From contig OZ251539.1 of assembly GCA_965243135.1 (NCBI GenBank), positions 5,728,001-5,792,000 on the forward strand: a stretch of 64,000 bases of DNA, in the 5' to 3' direction. The notes under the pieces were generated by a model, which saw only the letters and a program-made list of their open reading frames with translations, was not told where the DNA came from and ran no database searches. The stretch is from Alphaproteobacteria bacterium. Lineage in GTDB: Bacteria > Pseudomonadota > Alphaproteobacteria > MPNO01 > UBA830. The position numbers were made by a program, and so were the translations under genes. Below are positions 1-10,638 of the stretch, piece by piece. Each line of letters begins with the position of its first letter. Position 1 is the stretch's first letter.

Positions 1-200
1 GTTTTCGCAGGTTCCGCTCCAAACACCGTTTCGCGACCGCATGTCCGCGTCACGGCTCGGTTCGTCCGAGTTCGCCGCGCGGCGCCGGAGCGACCGGGCA
101 GTCCATTTTCGTTCCGCGGTTGCCCGCCTGCGCGACCCTTACGGGGTCGCCGGCCGGGCGGCGAGCCGACAAAAAAACCGCACAGCGCGAATGCCTCCGA
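1..200 (+). repeat. Dispersed intergenic repeat, copy 1 (truncated by window edge)
   Basis: Aligns by eye with the reverse complement of 40125-40370 and with 9045-9155 and 16010-16145; shared core CCGACAAAAAAnnGC(A/G)CAGCGCnAAnGCCT. Confidence 0.65.
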
Positions 201-254
201 GTCTTGATTTGCAAGCCCATAGAGCTTACGCTCCTGACAGAACGGGAGACAGCA

Positions 255-542
255 GTGCGTCAAGCCAGAACCGAACGCGTGCAGATGCGCATTGACCCTG
301 CGGCAAAGCGCAGGTTGGAGCGCGCTGCGGCGTTGTCGAACACGACAGTATCGGCCTTCGTTGCGAGCCATGCGCTTGAAGCCGCCGATCGCATGATTCG
401 CGAATGTGAGCGGATCGTCATCAGCGATCGGGACTGGGACTTGTTCATCGATACTCTCGCCGACCCTCCCGAACCGAATGCCGCGCTGCGCAAAGCATGG
501 GCGACGCATAGACGCATGGTCTCGAAGACCGCCAGCGTGTGA
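255..542 (+). CDS. DUF1778-family (TacA/AtaR-like) ribbon-helix-helix antitoxin
   Basis: GTG at 255 after GGAG. Sequence RTERVQMRIDPAAKRRLERAAAL...VSAFV...IVISDRDWDLFIDTLADPPEPNAALRKA is typical of DUF1778. Stop overlaps the GNAT start (GTGA). Confidence 0.85.
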   Translation: MRQARTERVQMRIDPAAKRRLERAAALSNTTVSAFVASHALEAADRMIRECERIVISDRDWDLFIDTLADPPEPNAALRKAWATHRRMVSKTASV

Positions 543-970
543 CCTTCGCTTTCGAGGCGCCGGCGCGGCGTCACGACCGGTCGCGATGCGGCTCCGAGCC
601 TCTCGACAGATACCCGGCAAGCATCCCAGGATGTCCGGCGCAGGGTGGCGCGGGTGTTTGTCGCTATTCCAGGCAAAGCGGCAGGATACTCTCAGCGCGG
701 CCAGCGCGGACCGCGCTGCCGTCAGAGGCGGCGCGCCGTCTGCCTCCGGTTCCTGTAGCGCGGACGGCTGGCGGTAGACCGGCGCCGAAGCGGTCAGGGC
801 CCGGCTTTCCTCGCGGACGCCTTGCGCCGGGTGGTTCGCGCCAGCGAAGCGCTTGCGATCCACGCGGTCGTCGCGAAGGATGCGCACGCCCTTCTACGAA
901 CGTTTTGAGTTTATGCGGTTGCCGGAGGCCGGAAAGCGCTTTCCCGTCGCTTCAACCGAACGGCCGATTG
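539..970 (+). pseudogene. GNAT acetyltransferase toxin (AtaT/TacT-like), multiply frameshifted
   Basis: Fragments in different frames: HDRSRCGSEPLDRY, ASQDVRRRVARVFVA, TLSAAS, RRLPPVPV, FYERFEF. Confidence 0.75.
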
Positions 971-1179
971 ATCCTGTGCAGGTCTTCAGGGACGAACCCG
1001 GCGTCGGCCCGCATCAGTTCGCAAGCCCGCGCTTCCTGAACAACATGGACCGCGTCCCTCTCAACGCCGGGCGCGATATCGTCACCCGCATGGTTGTCGC
1101 CCTTGGGCGCGCGCCGTTCGAAGACGCCAGCTCTTCAAGTTCATCGACGCCTCCAACGATCATCCACATGGCGCGGACC

Positions 1180-1225
1180 GGGCGAGCGGATGACGAAAAG
1201 ACGGCGCGACGCGAACGCCTTTCGA
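1180..1225 (+). repeat. Partial copy of dispersed repeat core
   Basis: CGAGCGGATGACGAAAAGACGGCGCGACGCGAACGCCT resembles 16096-16138. Confidence 0.45.
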
Positions 1226-1310
1226 AGCGTCGGCCGGCGGAGCGGCCCGGTGGACGGTTCGCCGCCGCTGCGATAGGTTGCGCCGCGTCGGTTCTGGCGG
1301 AGGGAGAAGC

Positions 1311-2825
1311 ATGGACACGTATCGACTCTATATCGGCGGCAGGTTCGTGGACGCTGAAGGCGGCGCGACGAAGCCGACCGTCAACCCGTACGACGGTTCG
1401 GAAATCGCAGCGGTGCCCGTTGCGAGCGCCGCGGACGCCCGCGCCGCGGTTGCGGCGGCCCGCCGGGCGTTCGACGAGGGGCCCTGGCCGCGGATGTCGG
1501 GCGAGGAGCGCAGCGCGATCATTTGTTCGCTGGCGGCCAGGATGAAGGAGCGGCAGAAGGATCTGGCGCGAATCGAGTCGCTGGATTCCGGAGGCACGAT
1601 CGCCAAGACCGGCGCCGACGCCTATCTCGCCCAGCGGCAGATGAACTATTTCGGGGAGATGGCGAAGAACTACAACGCCGAGCCGGAAGAGATCGCGGGC
1701 ATGTCGCGCCCCGGCCGGTCGTACAATTTCACCATCCGCGAGCCGATCGGCGTCTGCGCGTCGATCATCCCCTGGAACTTCCCGTTGATGATGGCGGTCT
1801 GGAAGCTCGGGCCGGCGCTCGCGACCGGCAACGCGATCGTGCTCAAGCCGGCGACGGACACGCCGCTTTCCGCCCTGGAGCTCGCGCGTCTCGTGGACGA
1901 ATGCGGCTTTCCGGAAGGCGTGGTCAACATCGTCACGGGTCCCGGCGGGCGGATCGGCGAGACGCTGACGACCAGCGCCGACGTCGACAAGGTCGCCTTC
2001 ACCGGCTCCACCGAGGTGGGGCGCGACATCATGTCCAGAGCGGCGGGAACGTTGAAGAAGGTGACGCTCGAGTGCGGCGGAAAGTCGGCCAACATCGTCT
2101 GCCACGACGCCAACTGGGACATCGCGGTCGACGGGTCGATCTTCGCCTCGTTCTATCATCAGGGACAGGTCTGCGAATCCGGCACGCGGCTGCTGCTGCC
2201 GGCGAGCCAGCACGATTCGTTCGTGGAAAAGATGGTCGCGAAGCTGGAGGCGCTGCCGATGGGCGATCCGCTCGATCCGGCGACGAAGGTCGGTCCGGTC
2301 GTTTCCGAGAAGCACATGCAGACGGTTCTCGACTACATCGAGAAGGGAAAGGCGGAGGGAGCGACGCTCGCCTGCGGCGGCGAACGCGCGAAGGACGGCG
2401 ATCTGGCGCGGGGCTGCTTCGTCAAGCCGACCGTCTTCACGGACGTGACCAACGACATGGCGATCGCGCGCGAGGAAATCTTCGGTCCGGTGCTCTGCGT
2501 CATGAAGTACGAGAGCGAGGACGAGGCGGTGTCGATCGCCAACGATTCAATCTACGGTCTCGGCGGCGGCGTCTGGTCGGAGGATCTGGACCGCGCGCGG
2601 TCGCTGGCGGCCCGATTGCGGACCGGCACTGTGTGGATCAACGACTGGCACCTGTTGTCCGAACGGATGCCGTTCGGCGGGTACAAGCAGTCGGGCATCG
2701 GACGCGAGTTCGGCGAGGAGGGCTTGAACGAATACACCGAAGTCAAGGCGCTGCACGTGGACGACGCCAAGACGCGGGAGAACAAGCCTTGGTACGACAT
2801 GTTGGTGCCGCGCGACGCGGCGTGA
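1311..2825 (+). CDS. Aldehyde dehydrogenase family protein
   Basis: IIPWNFP, FTGSTEVG, LECGGKS, GQVCESG (catalytic Cys), EEIFGPV, PFGGYKQSGIGRE; ATG after GGGAG. Confidence 0.95.
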   Translation: MDTYRLYIGGRFVDAEGGATKPTVNPYDGSEIAAVPVASAADARAAVAAARRAFDEGPWPRMSGEERSAIICSLAARMKERQKDLARIESLDSGGTIAKTGADAYLAQRQMNYFGEMAKNYNAEPEEIAGMSRPGRSYNFTIREPIGVCASIIPWNFPLMMAVWKLGPALATGNAIVLKPATDTPLSALELARLVDECGFPEGVVNIVTGPGGRIGETLTTSADVDKVAFTGSTEVGRDIMSRAAGTLKKVTLECGGKSANIVCHDANWDIAVDGSIFASFYHQGQVCESGTRLLLPASQHDSFVEKMVAKLEALPMGDPLDPATKVGPVVSEKHMQTVLDYIEKGKAEGATLACGGERAKDGDLARGCFVKPTVFTDVTNDMAIAREEIFGPVLCVMKYESEDEAVSIANDSIYGLGGGVWSEDLDRARSLAARLRTGTVWINDWHLLSERMPFGGYKQSGIGREFGEEGLNEYTEVKALHVDDAKTRENKPWYDMLVPRDAA

Positions 2826-3037
2826 ACGCCGCTTCGTCGAACTGGCCGCACGGTCGCAGCAGGCTCACGAAGCGCGCGTCTGCGGGCGGGGGAAACCGTT
2901 AACCCCGGGGCGGAGAGCCGGATGATCCGGTCGCGCGTCGGCAACGGAATGCGGTGCAAGACGTTCGTCGCTGTGATGATTTCGTTCGCCGGATTGCGCG
3001 GGAAGCCCGAGCGCGTGGACGTGAGGTCGATAGGCCT

Positions 3038-3640
3038 TATACCAGACCTGTTATAAATGACCTGTTTTGTGGGGGTTACAGTAGCCCAAGCCCGGTTCAC
3101 TATAGAAGCGATTTCAGCCGGAGAATCGCATAGCCAACCTTTCCGCGTCGCGAACCTCCGAGACATCCTTGAACACGCGATTCGCGAAGCGATTTGTTGT
3201 GTAACTTACCCCAAGCTGCCGGCCACACGAAACCGTTCCGCGAATCGAAGATTTTTTCGCGGTGGTGATTGCCGTTCGAGAACTCGGGAGTGTGACGCTG
3301 AGGGCTGCCCGTAACGCCCTGTCTTCGCGCCGCGACGCCCGAACGCGGAACGGGTATGTCGGCAAGCGGCGCGAAGCCGGGTGAACCATGCCCAAAGTTA
3401 CATGCTACGGGGTGAGTAGGTGCCGATCATGAGCGTTTGTTTCAGGTACGACATTCTCCATTGGATCCAGATCTGGACTGTAGGGTGGTAGAAGCAGGAG
3501 AGTTATGTTTTCGGGAAGCTCTTTACTTTTATGCCAGCCGGCACCGACGAGAGCCAGAACGCACTGGCTTCCCAGTTGTACGGAAGCACTGATGAAGGCG
3601 AGGTGTTCGTTCATGGATTCCGTGTTGGCGCGGCGTGGCC
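3038..3640 (-). mobile_element. IS630-family transposase relic (fragmented C-terminal part)
   Basis: GAGWHKSKELPENITLLLLPPYSPDLDPMENV (about 3445-3545), then NRFANRVFKD...EIASIVNRAWATV (about 3070-3200), ending at a TATACCA-type end at 3038. Confidence 0.65.
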
Positions 3641-3872
3641 GACCGTAAGCTTTCTTTCTGCGCACGCAGCCCCGAAAAGATAGACGTAGCCGTAGTGGTG
3701 GCCGCGGCGGTCGTTCGTGCGTGCTCACAGCCACGACAACATCCCCGCCAATTCTGCCTCGTCCTGGAACCCGTCCGCCCGGCCTTGGACCCTACGGCAT
3801 CTTTTATCACCCACTACCAACTCCGATGTGCTGATGGGCAGGCATGGGATAATTGGGACAGAATGAGTCAGA

Positions 3873-5324
3873 TTAAACCTGTATCGAATCGAGAATACTT
3901 GTCACATCTTGTGGTTGAAGTGCCCATCGGTATGCAGGATGAACTTCCCAATCGTATCCAAAATCTATAACTTCACTTGCCAAAAATCTATTTTGATCAA
4001 AATATCTTCTATCGATTCCGGATGATGTATCCTTTCTTGCAGTGATAAAGTCTATCTTATAAAGAAATTGTATCAGAGACTTTGGTGTGACGGGTCTTCC
4101 ATTTTTATAGTGAAGAGCCGAATGATCTATGATCTCTTTCATTTTTAGAACAAGCCTATCCGTAGCATATAGAAAACTACTGGAAGTTCTCCTTTCTCTC
4201 TTTGTTTGCCGCATACCTAACAACAACTTCTCAATCTGTGGAAGCTCACTCGAAAACTCATTTATTGTATCTTGAAGCCTTTCCAGTGAATACGGCTCAA
4301 ATACTGCCTCCAAATTCCCTGTGCTGATTATCTGACTATCATGCATATACGCGTTTCGAGCCGCACTGTGCATAAGTTTGATCAAATCTCTTGGCCTCCG
4401 TCTCGTCAGAGAGAGTAAGACGTTATGTATAGGGCGGTTACTCCAGTGGCCTCTTCCTCCGAAATTCGGATCCATAATTTTCGATAGTATATTCTTGGAT
4501 ATATCGGTCTGATTCATTCTCAATATAGCTTCTTGATCACATTCTCCGTCGAAGAAAGTTAAAACTCTTTTTGCAATTACAGAAAGTATTTCGTGATTGG
4601 TCCAAGAGAGCCAGATCACATGACGTTCTATTTTATCAGTCGACTCGTCAGAAGTCCGGACAAGATAATAAACATCTGTTCTCAGGCCAATACGAAATTT
4701 GATCCGACTGTCCGATCCAGAGAGGTCGCGAATGGCGTTTAGTAATGCAGAAATATTTCTTATACTACTTTCTGACGCATCCCATCCTCGGTCTATATCG
4801 TCTATATAAACGTTTATAGAACGATCTTGTAGAAATCTTTCAACAACTCTTCTTTTCAAATCATCCATGATAGATGGGCGTATATTTTCCAATGCTATTT
4901 TGATAGATTCAATCACATACCCCATGCTTTTCTTTGCAATTTGAGCATTCTGATTACTATCACCGCTATTAGTTATTCGAGAAATCGCTTTATGTATTAT
5001 CGCTGAAACTAAACCAAGTTTCCAATTTTCAATGAGTTGATTGAATTCCGACTTGTCTGCATTCCCAACATGAGCAATGAGGTCATTGGGTCTAATCCAA
5101 ACCGATAGCCTTAAATTTTCTTCATCGTCGATATATGCGCGACGTAATAAGGCACTCTTGCCTATTCCCTTGTGACCGACTAATATCCGTATCGGAATAT
5201 CAACGATGAGATTTTCATAAGTCCGGTTGGAGAAAAAATATTCTTTAAATCTCTCCAAGTTTTCGTTCTCAGCGTCTTCAGCTCCAAACAGACGTTCGTT
5301 TGTCGCGTCATCGAATTTAAACAT
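3873..5324 (-). CDS. P-loop ATPase, Sll1717-like family
   Basis: LFGAEDAENE N-terminus, Walker A VGHKGIGKSAL, Walker B YIDDIDRGW, LRTD, RPRDLI; markedly AT-rich relative to flanks. Confidence 0.75.
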   Translation of the reverse strand: MFKFDDATNERLFGAEDAENENLERFKEYFFSNRTYENLIVDIPIRILVGHKGIGKSALLRRAYIDDEENLRLSVWIRPNDLIAHVGNADKSEFNQLIENWKLGLVSAIIHKAISRITNSGDSNQNAQIAKKSMGYVIESIKIALENIRPSIMDDLKRRVVERFLQDRSINVYIDDIDRGWDASESSIRNISALLNAIRDLSGSDSRIKFRIGLRTDVYYLVRTSDESTDKIERHVIWLSWTNHEILSVIAKRVLTFFDGECDQEAILRMNQTDISKNILSKIMDPNFGGRGHWSNRPIHNVLLSLTRRRPRDLIKLMHSAARNAYMHDSQIISTGNLEAVFEPYSLERLQDTINEFSSELPQIEKLLLGMRQTKRERRTSSSFLYATDRLVLKMKEIIDHSALHYKNGRPVTPKSLIQFLYKIDFITARKDTSSGIDRRYFDQNRFLASEVIDFGYDWEVHPAYRWALQPQDVTSILDSIQV

Positions 5325-6258
5325 ATCTAACTCTCCTTTACAAACCTATTCCGGCAAGCATGTCTCATAGCCATATGGACCCCCTTCTTGTCTACCCGGT
5401 TTCGTCGAGGGCTTCAACAATCAGGGTTGCCCCCTCCCGGACTACGATCTCAGCTTCCTCACTGCGCCGTTACCCTGTTCAGCGTAGCGAAGCGCGCAGC
5501 TTGTCGGAAACCGCTGCAAAGATCGGGCCACGCTCCCTGACCTTGAGTAGCACCCCGCGCACAGCTTCATGAGGGCAAGCATACATCGATACGAAAGTCG
5601 ACACACACTCTTTCTTCACCGCTCCACCTCTCCCACGTTCGGTGACCTTGCCACAAACTCGGAGGCCGATCATGGCTTGCCTATGCAATCTTTTCAGACA
5701 TCAGCCAACTCGAAGCGCTGTTGGGGGTGTGGAAAAGCACGGCTTCGGCCGCGTCGGTAGGCGGCCGCATACGGCCCGTTCCGTGACAGTTCGCGCACCC
5801 GAACCGATGCGGGTTCTGGTTCAGCACCGGCGACGCTCGTTTCCCTTCCTCCCGGTAATAAAGCAGGTAGCCTCGGCGTCACCTGTCGATGTCGCTGCCT
5901 TCCAAGTAGAAGCTTCAAGATAGCGCTCCGCGCTTCGAGTCTTCCCGCACGATCGCCACGGTGCCGACGCCCTCTGCCCGAAGCGGCGGCGAGATACCGC
6001 CATGGCCGCACTTTCAACCCGAAACCGCGCATGACCTCGAAGCGGCAGGGCTGGAGCGCCGACCTCTGCCGCGCCTTGTGGATTCTGGACGGGGCCGCCA
6101 TCCTGACAGCGCTTCGGTTCCTGCCGACTATGCGCCCGGAGCACGGCTTTTCCCAAGGGAAACGGGGCGTTGCGGCGGGAGCGTCGGTTCGTGCGGGCCG
6201 CACCAGAGACATGGTGGACTTCCCCCGTTGTTCAAACCATCGGGCAGGTAACGGAACG

Positions 6259-6558
6259 ATGAAACAACGGATTCTGGAACGGGCGCGGAGCGCCGTGGAA
6301 GCCTTCCTGCACCAGCAGTGTGCAGATGCCACGCTCAGCATGCTGTCGGTGAATTCGGAAGTGGACGGCTACGGCGACGAGTTTCTCTTGATACACCTCG
6401 CTTAGGATGACGGCAGCAACACCAAGGGCCTCCCCGACCCCTTGGCGCGGATAAAGCTGATAGGTCGCTTGCGGACCGAACTCCAAGGCCAGGACATCGA
6501 GGCGTTCCCCGTCGTCTCGTTCACCGCCGAATCGGAGGTCGGGGAAGAGCCGGAGTAG
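6259..6558 (+). pseudogene. Small partner (putative antitoxin) of the HEPN gene, internal stop
   Basis: ATG at 6259. The frame continues past TAG at 6403-6405 to ...IEAFPVVSFTAESEVGEEPE*; directly upstream of the HEPN gene. Confidence 0.5.
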
Positions 6559-6564
6559 CGCGTC

Positions 6565-7030
6565 GCGGATCCGGAGCACCTCTTGCAGATAGCCATCGGC
6601 CTTGCCGAAGCCAACGCCGGCCGGCCGCGATGGGCGGATTTGTGCCGTGCCGTCAGCACCGCGTACTACGCCTTGTTCCACTGTCTGGCGCGCATCTGTG
6701 CGGACAGCTTGGCTGGCCGCTCTCGTTCGGTCGGCAACCGGGCGGCGGCGGGTGTACCGGGCACCGGAGCGCAGGCAGGCCAGGACGCGTTGCGAGAACA
6801 TGCCGTCCTCGTTTCCAGACGGAATGCAGGAATTCGGGCAAGCGTTCTCGGTGTTGCAAAGCGGACACCACCTGTCGGACTACGACCCGGACTACCTGGT
6901 CAGGAAGTCTAACGTGACCGCAGCCATCAACGATGCTCGAACGAGATCGACCGTTTTCTCGCAACGCCCGCCGGCGTCCGCCGCGATTTCGCCGTGCTGA
7001 TGAAGGTGAGACGCCTGAACGGCGGGCGTA
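6565..7030 (+). pseudogene. HEPN-domain protein, frameshifted
   Basis: DPEHLLQIA...DLCRAVSTAYYALFHCL, then in another frame LQSGHHLSDYDP (degenerate RHxxDY HEPN motif). Confidence 0.7.
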
Positions 7031-7098
7031 GTCGAGTCGTGGCGGCGACGGCGAGGCCGGGCGTTCGCGGTGGGTGGTGCCGCGTGTGTAGCGTTCCC
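6861..7098 (+). repeat. Direct repeat A, copy 1 (HEPN 3' end plus downstream DNA)
   Basis: Closely similar to 8771-9008 (CCACCTGTCGGACTACGACCCGGACTACCTGGTCAGGAAGTC...). Confidence 0.85.
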
Positions 7099-7165
7099 TC
7101 TTTCGTTCCTTGGATTGCGGCGCGCGTAGCCGGAGCATCCGACCTTACGTAAGCGACGGATTTTA

Positions 7166-8527
7166 CTACCTCCCTCGCGCGGCGATTTCGGGCGCGTTCT
7201 CCCGGTCGAGGCGGCCGTGATTGACCAACTGTGAGCGAATGGTCATCTGCGAGACGCCGAAACGCCTCGCGGTTTCCATCTGCCTGTCTTCGGAAAGATC
7301 GCCTGCCATCATGTCGTCCACGGCGGCGAAGGGGCTGAGCAACTCTGCCGCAAAGGCGCGTTGCACCTTCTGGCGGTAACTGTAGGTGCGCGTTGCGGGG
7401 TGCAACGCCTCTGTGGGGCGGCCGTTGCGAGCGGCAAACAGTCGGTCGCAAAGGAGACGCGCCAACTCGAAGCGCCGGCCCGTCTTCCATTTCGATTTCA
7501 ACGCCAAGCGCCCGCCGCCCGGCCGGTCGAGCGCGAAGCAGGGTCCGTTCCAACGCTTGCTCGTTCGCTCAATCGCTTTGGCTGTCGTTCCCGACAGGGC
7601 CGCGAGCCGTGCGTCGGCGATCGGCAGGCCGTCCAGTCCCTCCCGGTCGCGAACCGCTTGCGCCATGCCGTACCCCAACCGCCAGGCTTCGACGTCTGGC
7701 GCCTTTGGCAACTCCGTCCCGTCGGGCAACGCTACTGCGTCCTTCGGGTCGGCATCGAAACCGTTCCGCTTTGCGGCCTCCGTGATGTCCTGCGCTGAAA
7801 CCATCTCGTCGAGGGCGCGGCCGCGCAGGGCGGCGTCGGCAGCCACTTCGCCCCAGGCCTCTTCTCCCAGCTCATCCGCTCCGGCGAGATGCTGGCGGAT
7901 CAGGCAGTCGTCGACCTTGTCCGGATCGTACCCGAGCTGCGCTTCCAACCGTCGAAAGCGCGCAAGTTCAGGCTCGCGCCGCTCTACTGTCAGGTCGTTC
8001 CACAGGCGATGCAGGTTCGTGCTCTTCAATTTCCGTTCGTCCAGACAGGCCAGTATGTTTTTCGCGAAGTCGTCGATGGCGCTTTCCAGGCTCGCGGCCG
8101 GAATCGCTTCCCGTCGCGGTGAACCGACGCAGCGGAACAAGGCGGTGTACGGCTCCAGGGACGGCTCGGAGATCAGAAACGACATCGGACCGTCCGAGAA
8201 AATCGTAATATTTGGCCATACGTAGCCGTCGCCGACGGCCGACATGCAATGCGTAAAGTCCCAGTCAAGCGCAGCTTTCTCTCCGGAAGGCCTCCGCCCG
8301 AATTCCCACCGCAGCCGCCACCAATTCCACAGGAGCCATTCGGCCAGCGGGTAGCCGGCGACATGCGGGCCGATCTCCACACGCTCAATGTCTTCGACGA
8401 CGGTCAGCAATCTGCAGTTCGCCGTCATGGAGAGCATGCCGAATGTTGCCTTCTCTTCCGTCGACCCCTCGTCAAGGGGTTCGCAAGAAAGCGAAATTTT
8501 CAGTTCGTTGGACATCTCGTCTGCCAT
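7166..8527 (-). CDS. ImmA/IrrE (DUF955)-like protein with degenerate HExxH
   Basis: C-terminal GRRFELARLLCD...RQKVQRAFAAELLSP followed by an HTH-like ARRFGVSQMTI; N-terminal PLAEWLLWNWWRLRWE domain. Confidence 0.7.
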   Translation of the reverse strand: MADEMSNELKISLSCEPLDEGSTEEKATFGMLSMTANCRLLTVVEDIERVEIGPHVAGYPLAEWLLWNWWRLRWEFGRRPSGEKAALDWDFTHCMSAVGDGYVWPNITIFSDGPMSFLISEPSLEPYTALFRCVGSPRREAIPAASLESAIDDFAKNILACLDERKLKSTNLHRLWNDLTVERREPELARFRRLEAQLGYDPDKVDDCLIRQHLAGADELGEEAWGEVAADAALRGRALDEMVSAQDITEAAKRNGFDADPKDAVALPDGTELPKAPDVEAWRLGYGMAQAVRDREGLDGLPIADARLAALSGTTAKAIERTSKRWNGPCFALDRPGGGRLALKSKWKTGRRFELARLLCDRLFAARNGRPTEALHPATRTYSYRQKVQRAFAAELLSPFAAVDDMMAGDLSEDRQMETARRFGVSQMTIRSQLVNHGRLDRENAPEIAARGR

Positions 8528-8770
8528 TCCTTGATGATACGTCTCTGCATGGCGTTACCGCCGCTCAGTTCGTAGCCGCGATAACTCCCTTTACTTCCCA
8601 AAATGGCCTCGGCCGTCGGAGTTAACCGCCCAAACATATTTCGGTAGTTCGTCTTCGCCAAGGCCATCCCTCGCTTGATGCCTTCGCGAAAAAGAGCCCT
8701 CGCTTCAGCCTTTTTGACGCTTCGGCCACGGTCGCGCAATGATTTTCCGGGACGCGGGCTTGTTGATGGA
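8500..8770 (-). pseudogene. 5'-truncated small basic protein upstream of the ImmA-like gene
   Basis: PRPGKSLRD...AEARALFREGIKRGM...GSYRGYEL...IIKEW; overlaps the start of the ImmA-like gene; N-terminus replaced by repeat A copy 2. Confidence 0.5.
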
Positions 8771-9008
8771 GCGGACGCCACCTGTCGGACTACGACCCGG
8801 ACTACCTGGTCAGGAAGTCCAACGTGACCGAGGCCATCAACGATGCTCGAACGGCGATCGACCCTTTTCTCGCGACGCCCGCCGGCGTTCGCCGCGATTT
8901 CGCCGTGCTGATGAAGGTGAGGCGCCTGAACCGGCGGGCGTAGTCGAGTCGCGGCGGAGACGGTCAGGTCGGGCGTTCGCGGCGGGTGGAGCCGTGCGGA
9001 GCGCTCCT
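8771..9008 (+). repeat. Direct repeat A, copy 2
   Basis: Copy of 6861-7098; encodes GRHLSDYDP with an intact Arg. Confidence 0.85.
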
Positions 9009-9044
9009 GCGTCTGCGCCCGCCCCCGTAGCGGCGAAGCTGCTG

Positions 9045-9155
9045 ACGCGCCCTCGCGGTCCTTGCGGATCTGTTGGCGGACAGCCGGAGCGATCCGCGGG
9101 GCGCCGGCCGGGCGCCGAGCCGACAAAAAACGGCGCAGCGCAAACGCCTCTCGCA
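9045..9155 (+). repeat. Dispersed intergenic repeat copy
   Basis: CCTTGCGG...GACAGCCGGAGCGA...GCCGGCCGGGCGCCGAGCCGACAAAAAACGGCGCAGCGCAAACGCCT. Confidence 0.65.
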
Positions 9156-9414
9156 CTTGGCCATTCCGTGATGAAAGGCGCCGGCCATGCGGTAACGGCG
9201 TCAAGAGTGGGCGCGTTCCGACGCGTCGCTGATAACTCCCGCCGTTACCGAAGCCTTCCGGCCGGCGTGCGTCGCCGGTCGACGAAGACGACATCTCCCG
9301 TCGAAACCGCTTGAGCGTTGAATCCCCTCGCCGAAAATTCGGAGCCGCGCGGTGCGACGAAGCCCGTTCCGGGGAAGCCGTTGGTACAATGACTCTTCTG
9401 GAGGAAACGGCGAA

Positions 9415-10638
9415 ATGAACGGAATGACATCGCAAGATGCCGCAACGCCGCGCATCGAATGCCTGAAGGTGCGGAACTTCCGGGCCTTGCGGGACGTCGA
9501 GATCGCGAAACTGATGCCGTTGACAGTGCTCCTCGGCCCCAACGGCAGCGGCAAATCCACGGTGTTCGACGCGCTCGCCTTCCTCGCGGAGTGCTTTTCG
9601 TCCGGCCTGCGGCGCGCCTGGGATCGGCGCGGGCGGGCCAAGGAGCTCAGGACCTGCGACGCCGACGGGGCGGTGACGATAGAGATCAAATACCGTGAAC
9701 GACGAAAAACTCCGCTGATCACTTATCACCTGTCCATTGACGAGTTGGCCGGCGCGCCAGTAGTCGTCCACGAGTGGCTGGGCTGGAAACGAACGGGCTT
9801 CGAAGCGCCTTTTCGTTTCCTTGAGTACCGCCACGGCAGAGGCCAAGCCGCGAGCGGCGAAGTGCCGGACGCGGAAGACGAGCGGATCGAGACGCCGTTA
9901 AAATCGCCCGACCTGCTGGCGGTCAACGCGCTCGGGCAGTTCCAGGATCATCCGCGCGCGGCGGCGCTGCGCGATTTCATCATGGGTTGGCACGTTTCCT
10001 GCCTTTCGGCCGACAGCGCGCGTGCACAGCCGGAGGCGGGTCCGCAGGAGCGTCTGAGCACGAGCGGCGACAACCTCGCCAACGTCATCCAGCATCTAAG
10101 CGAACGGCACCCAAAGCGTCTCGACCTCATTTTCCAAACGCTGCGCCGGCGCGTGCCGCGCATCGAGCGCGTGCTGGCCGACGCCATGCCGGACGGCCGG
10201 CTGCTGCTGCAAATCAAGGACGCGCCGTTCAGCCACCCGGTTCTGGGGCGCTTCGCTTCCGATGGCACGCTAAAGATGCTGGCCTATCTGACGTTGCTGC
10301 ATGATCCGGAACCACCGCCCTTCATCGGCATCGAGGAGCCGGAAAACTTTCTGCATCCGCGCCTGCTCCACGAACTGGCGGAGGAATGCGCCGCGGCCGG
10401 CGAGCGCACGCAGATGCTCGTCGCCACCCATTCGCCATTCTTCCTGAATGCGCTGAAGCCCAAACAGGTTCGCGTCCTGTGGCGGGACGAAAAGGGCCAC
10501 GCGCGGTCGCGGCGAGTCGCCGACCTCGATGGCGTGCCCGATTTCATGGAAGCCGGCGCACTGCTCGGCGATCTCTGGATGGAAGGCTATTTCGGCGTTG
10601 GCGATCAGTTGACCCGGCATGGCGGAGAACGCCGGTGA
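9415..10638 (+). CDS. ABC/AAA_21-type ATPase (partner of DUF4276)
   Basis: Walker [10 protein letters not shown], signature SDGTLKML, Walker B/D-loop [11 protein letters not shown]-loop ATHSP. Confidence 0.85.
   Translation: MNGMTSQDAATPRIECLKVRNFRALRDVEIAKLMPLTVLLGPNGSGKSTVFDALAFLAECFSSGLRRAWDRRGRAKELRTCDADGAVTIEIKYRERRKTPLITYHLSIDELAGAPVVVHEWLGWKRTGFEAPFRFLEYRHGRGQAASGEVPDAEDERIETPLKSPDLLAVNALGQFQDHPRAAALRDFIMGWHVSCLSADSARAQPEAGPQERLSTSGDNLANVIQHLSERHPKRLDLIFQTLRRRVPRIERVLADAMPDGRLLLQIKDAPFSHPVLGRFASDGTLKMLAYLTLLHDPEPPPFIGIEEPENFLHPRLLHELAEECAAAGERTQMLVATHSPFFLNALKPKQVRVLWRDEKGHARSRRVADLDGVPDFMEAGALLGDLWMEGYFGVGDQLTRHGGERR

Noticed and set aside
3700-3860. Possible IS256-like fragment
   Set aside because: Only a vague resemblance and too short to support
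5360-6230. Short ORFs between the Sll1717-like ATPase and the HEPN pair
   Set aside because: No recognisable motifs; probably decayed DNA
6403-6405. In-frame TAG (and TAA at 16477) as recoded stops
   Set aside because: These are isolated cases in otherwise decaying modules, and intact genes use TAG/TAA as stops, so simple nonsense mutations are more likely
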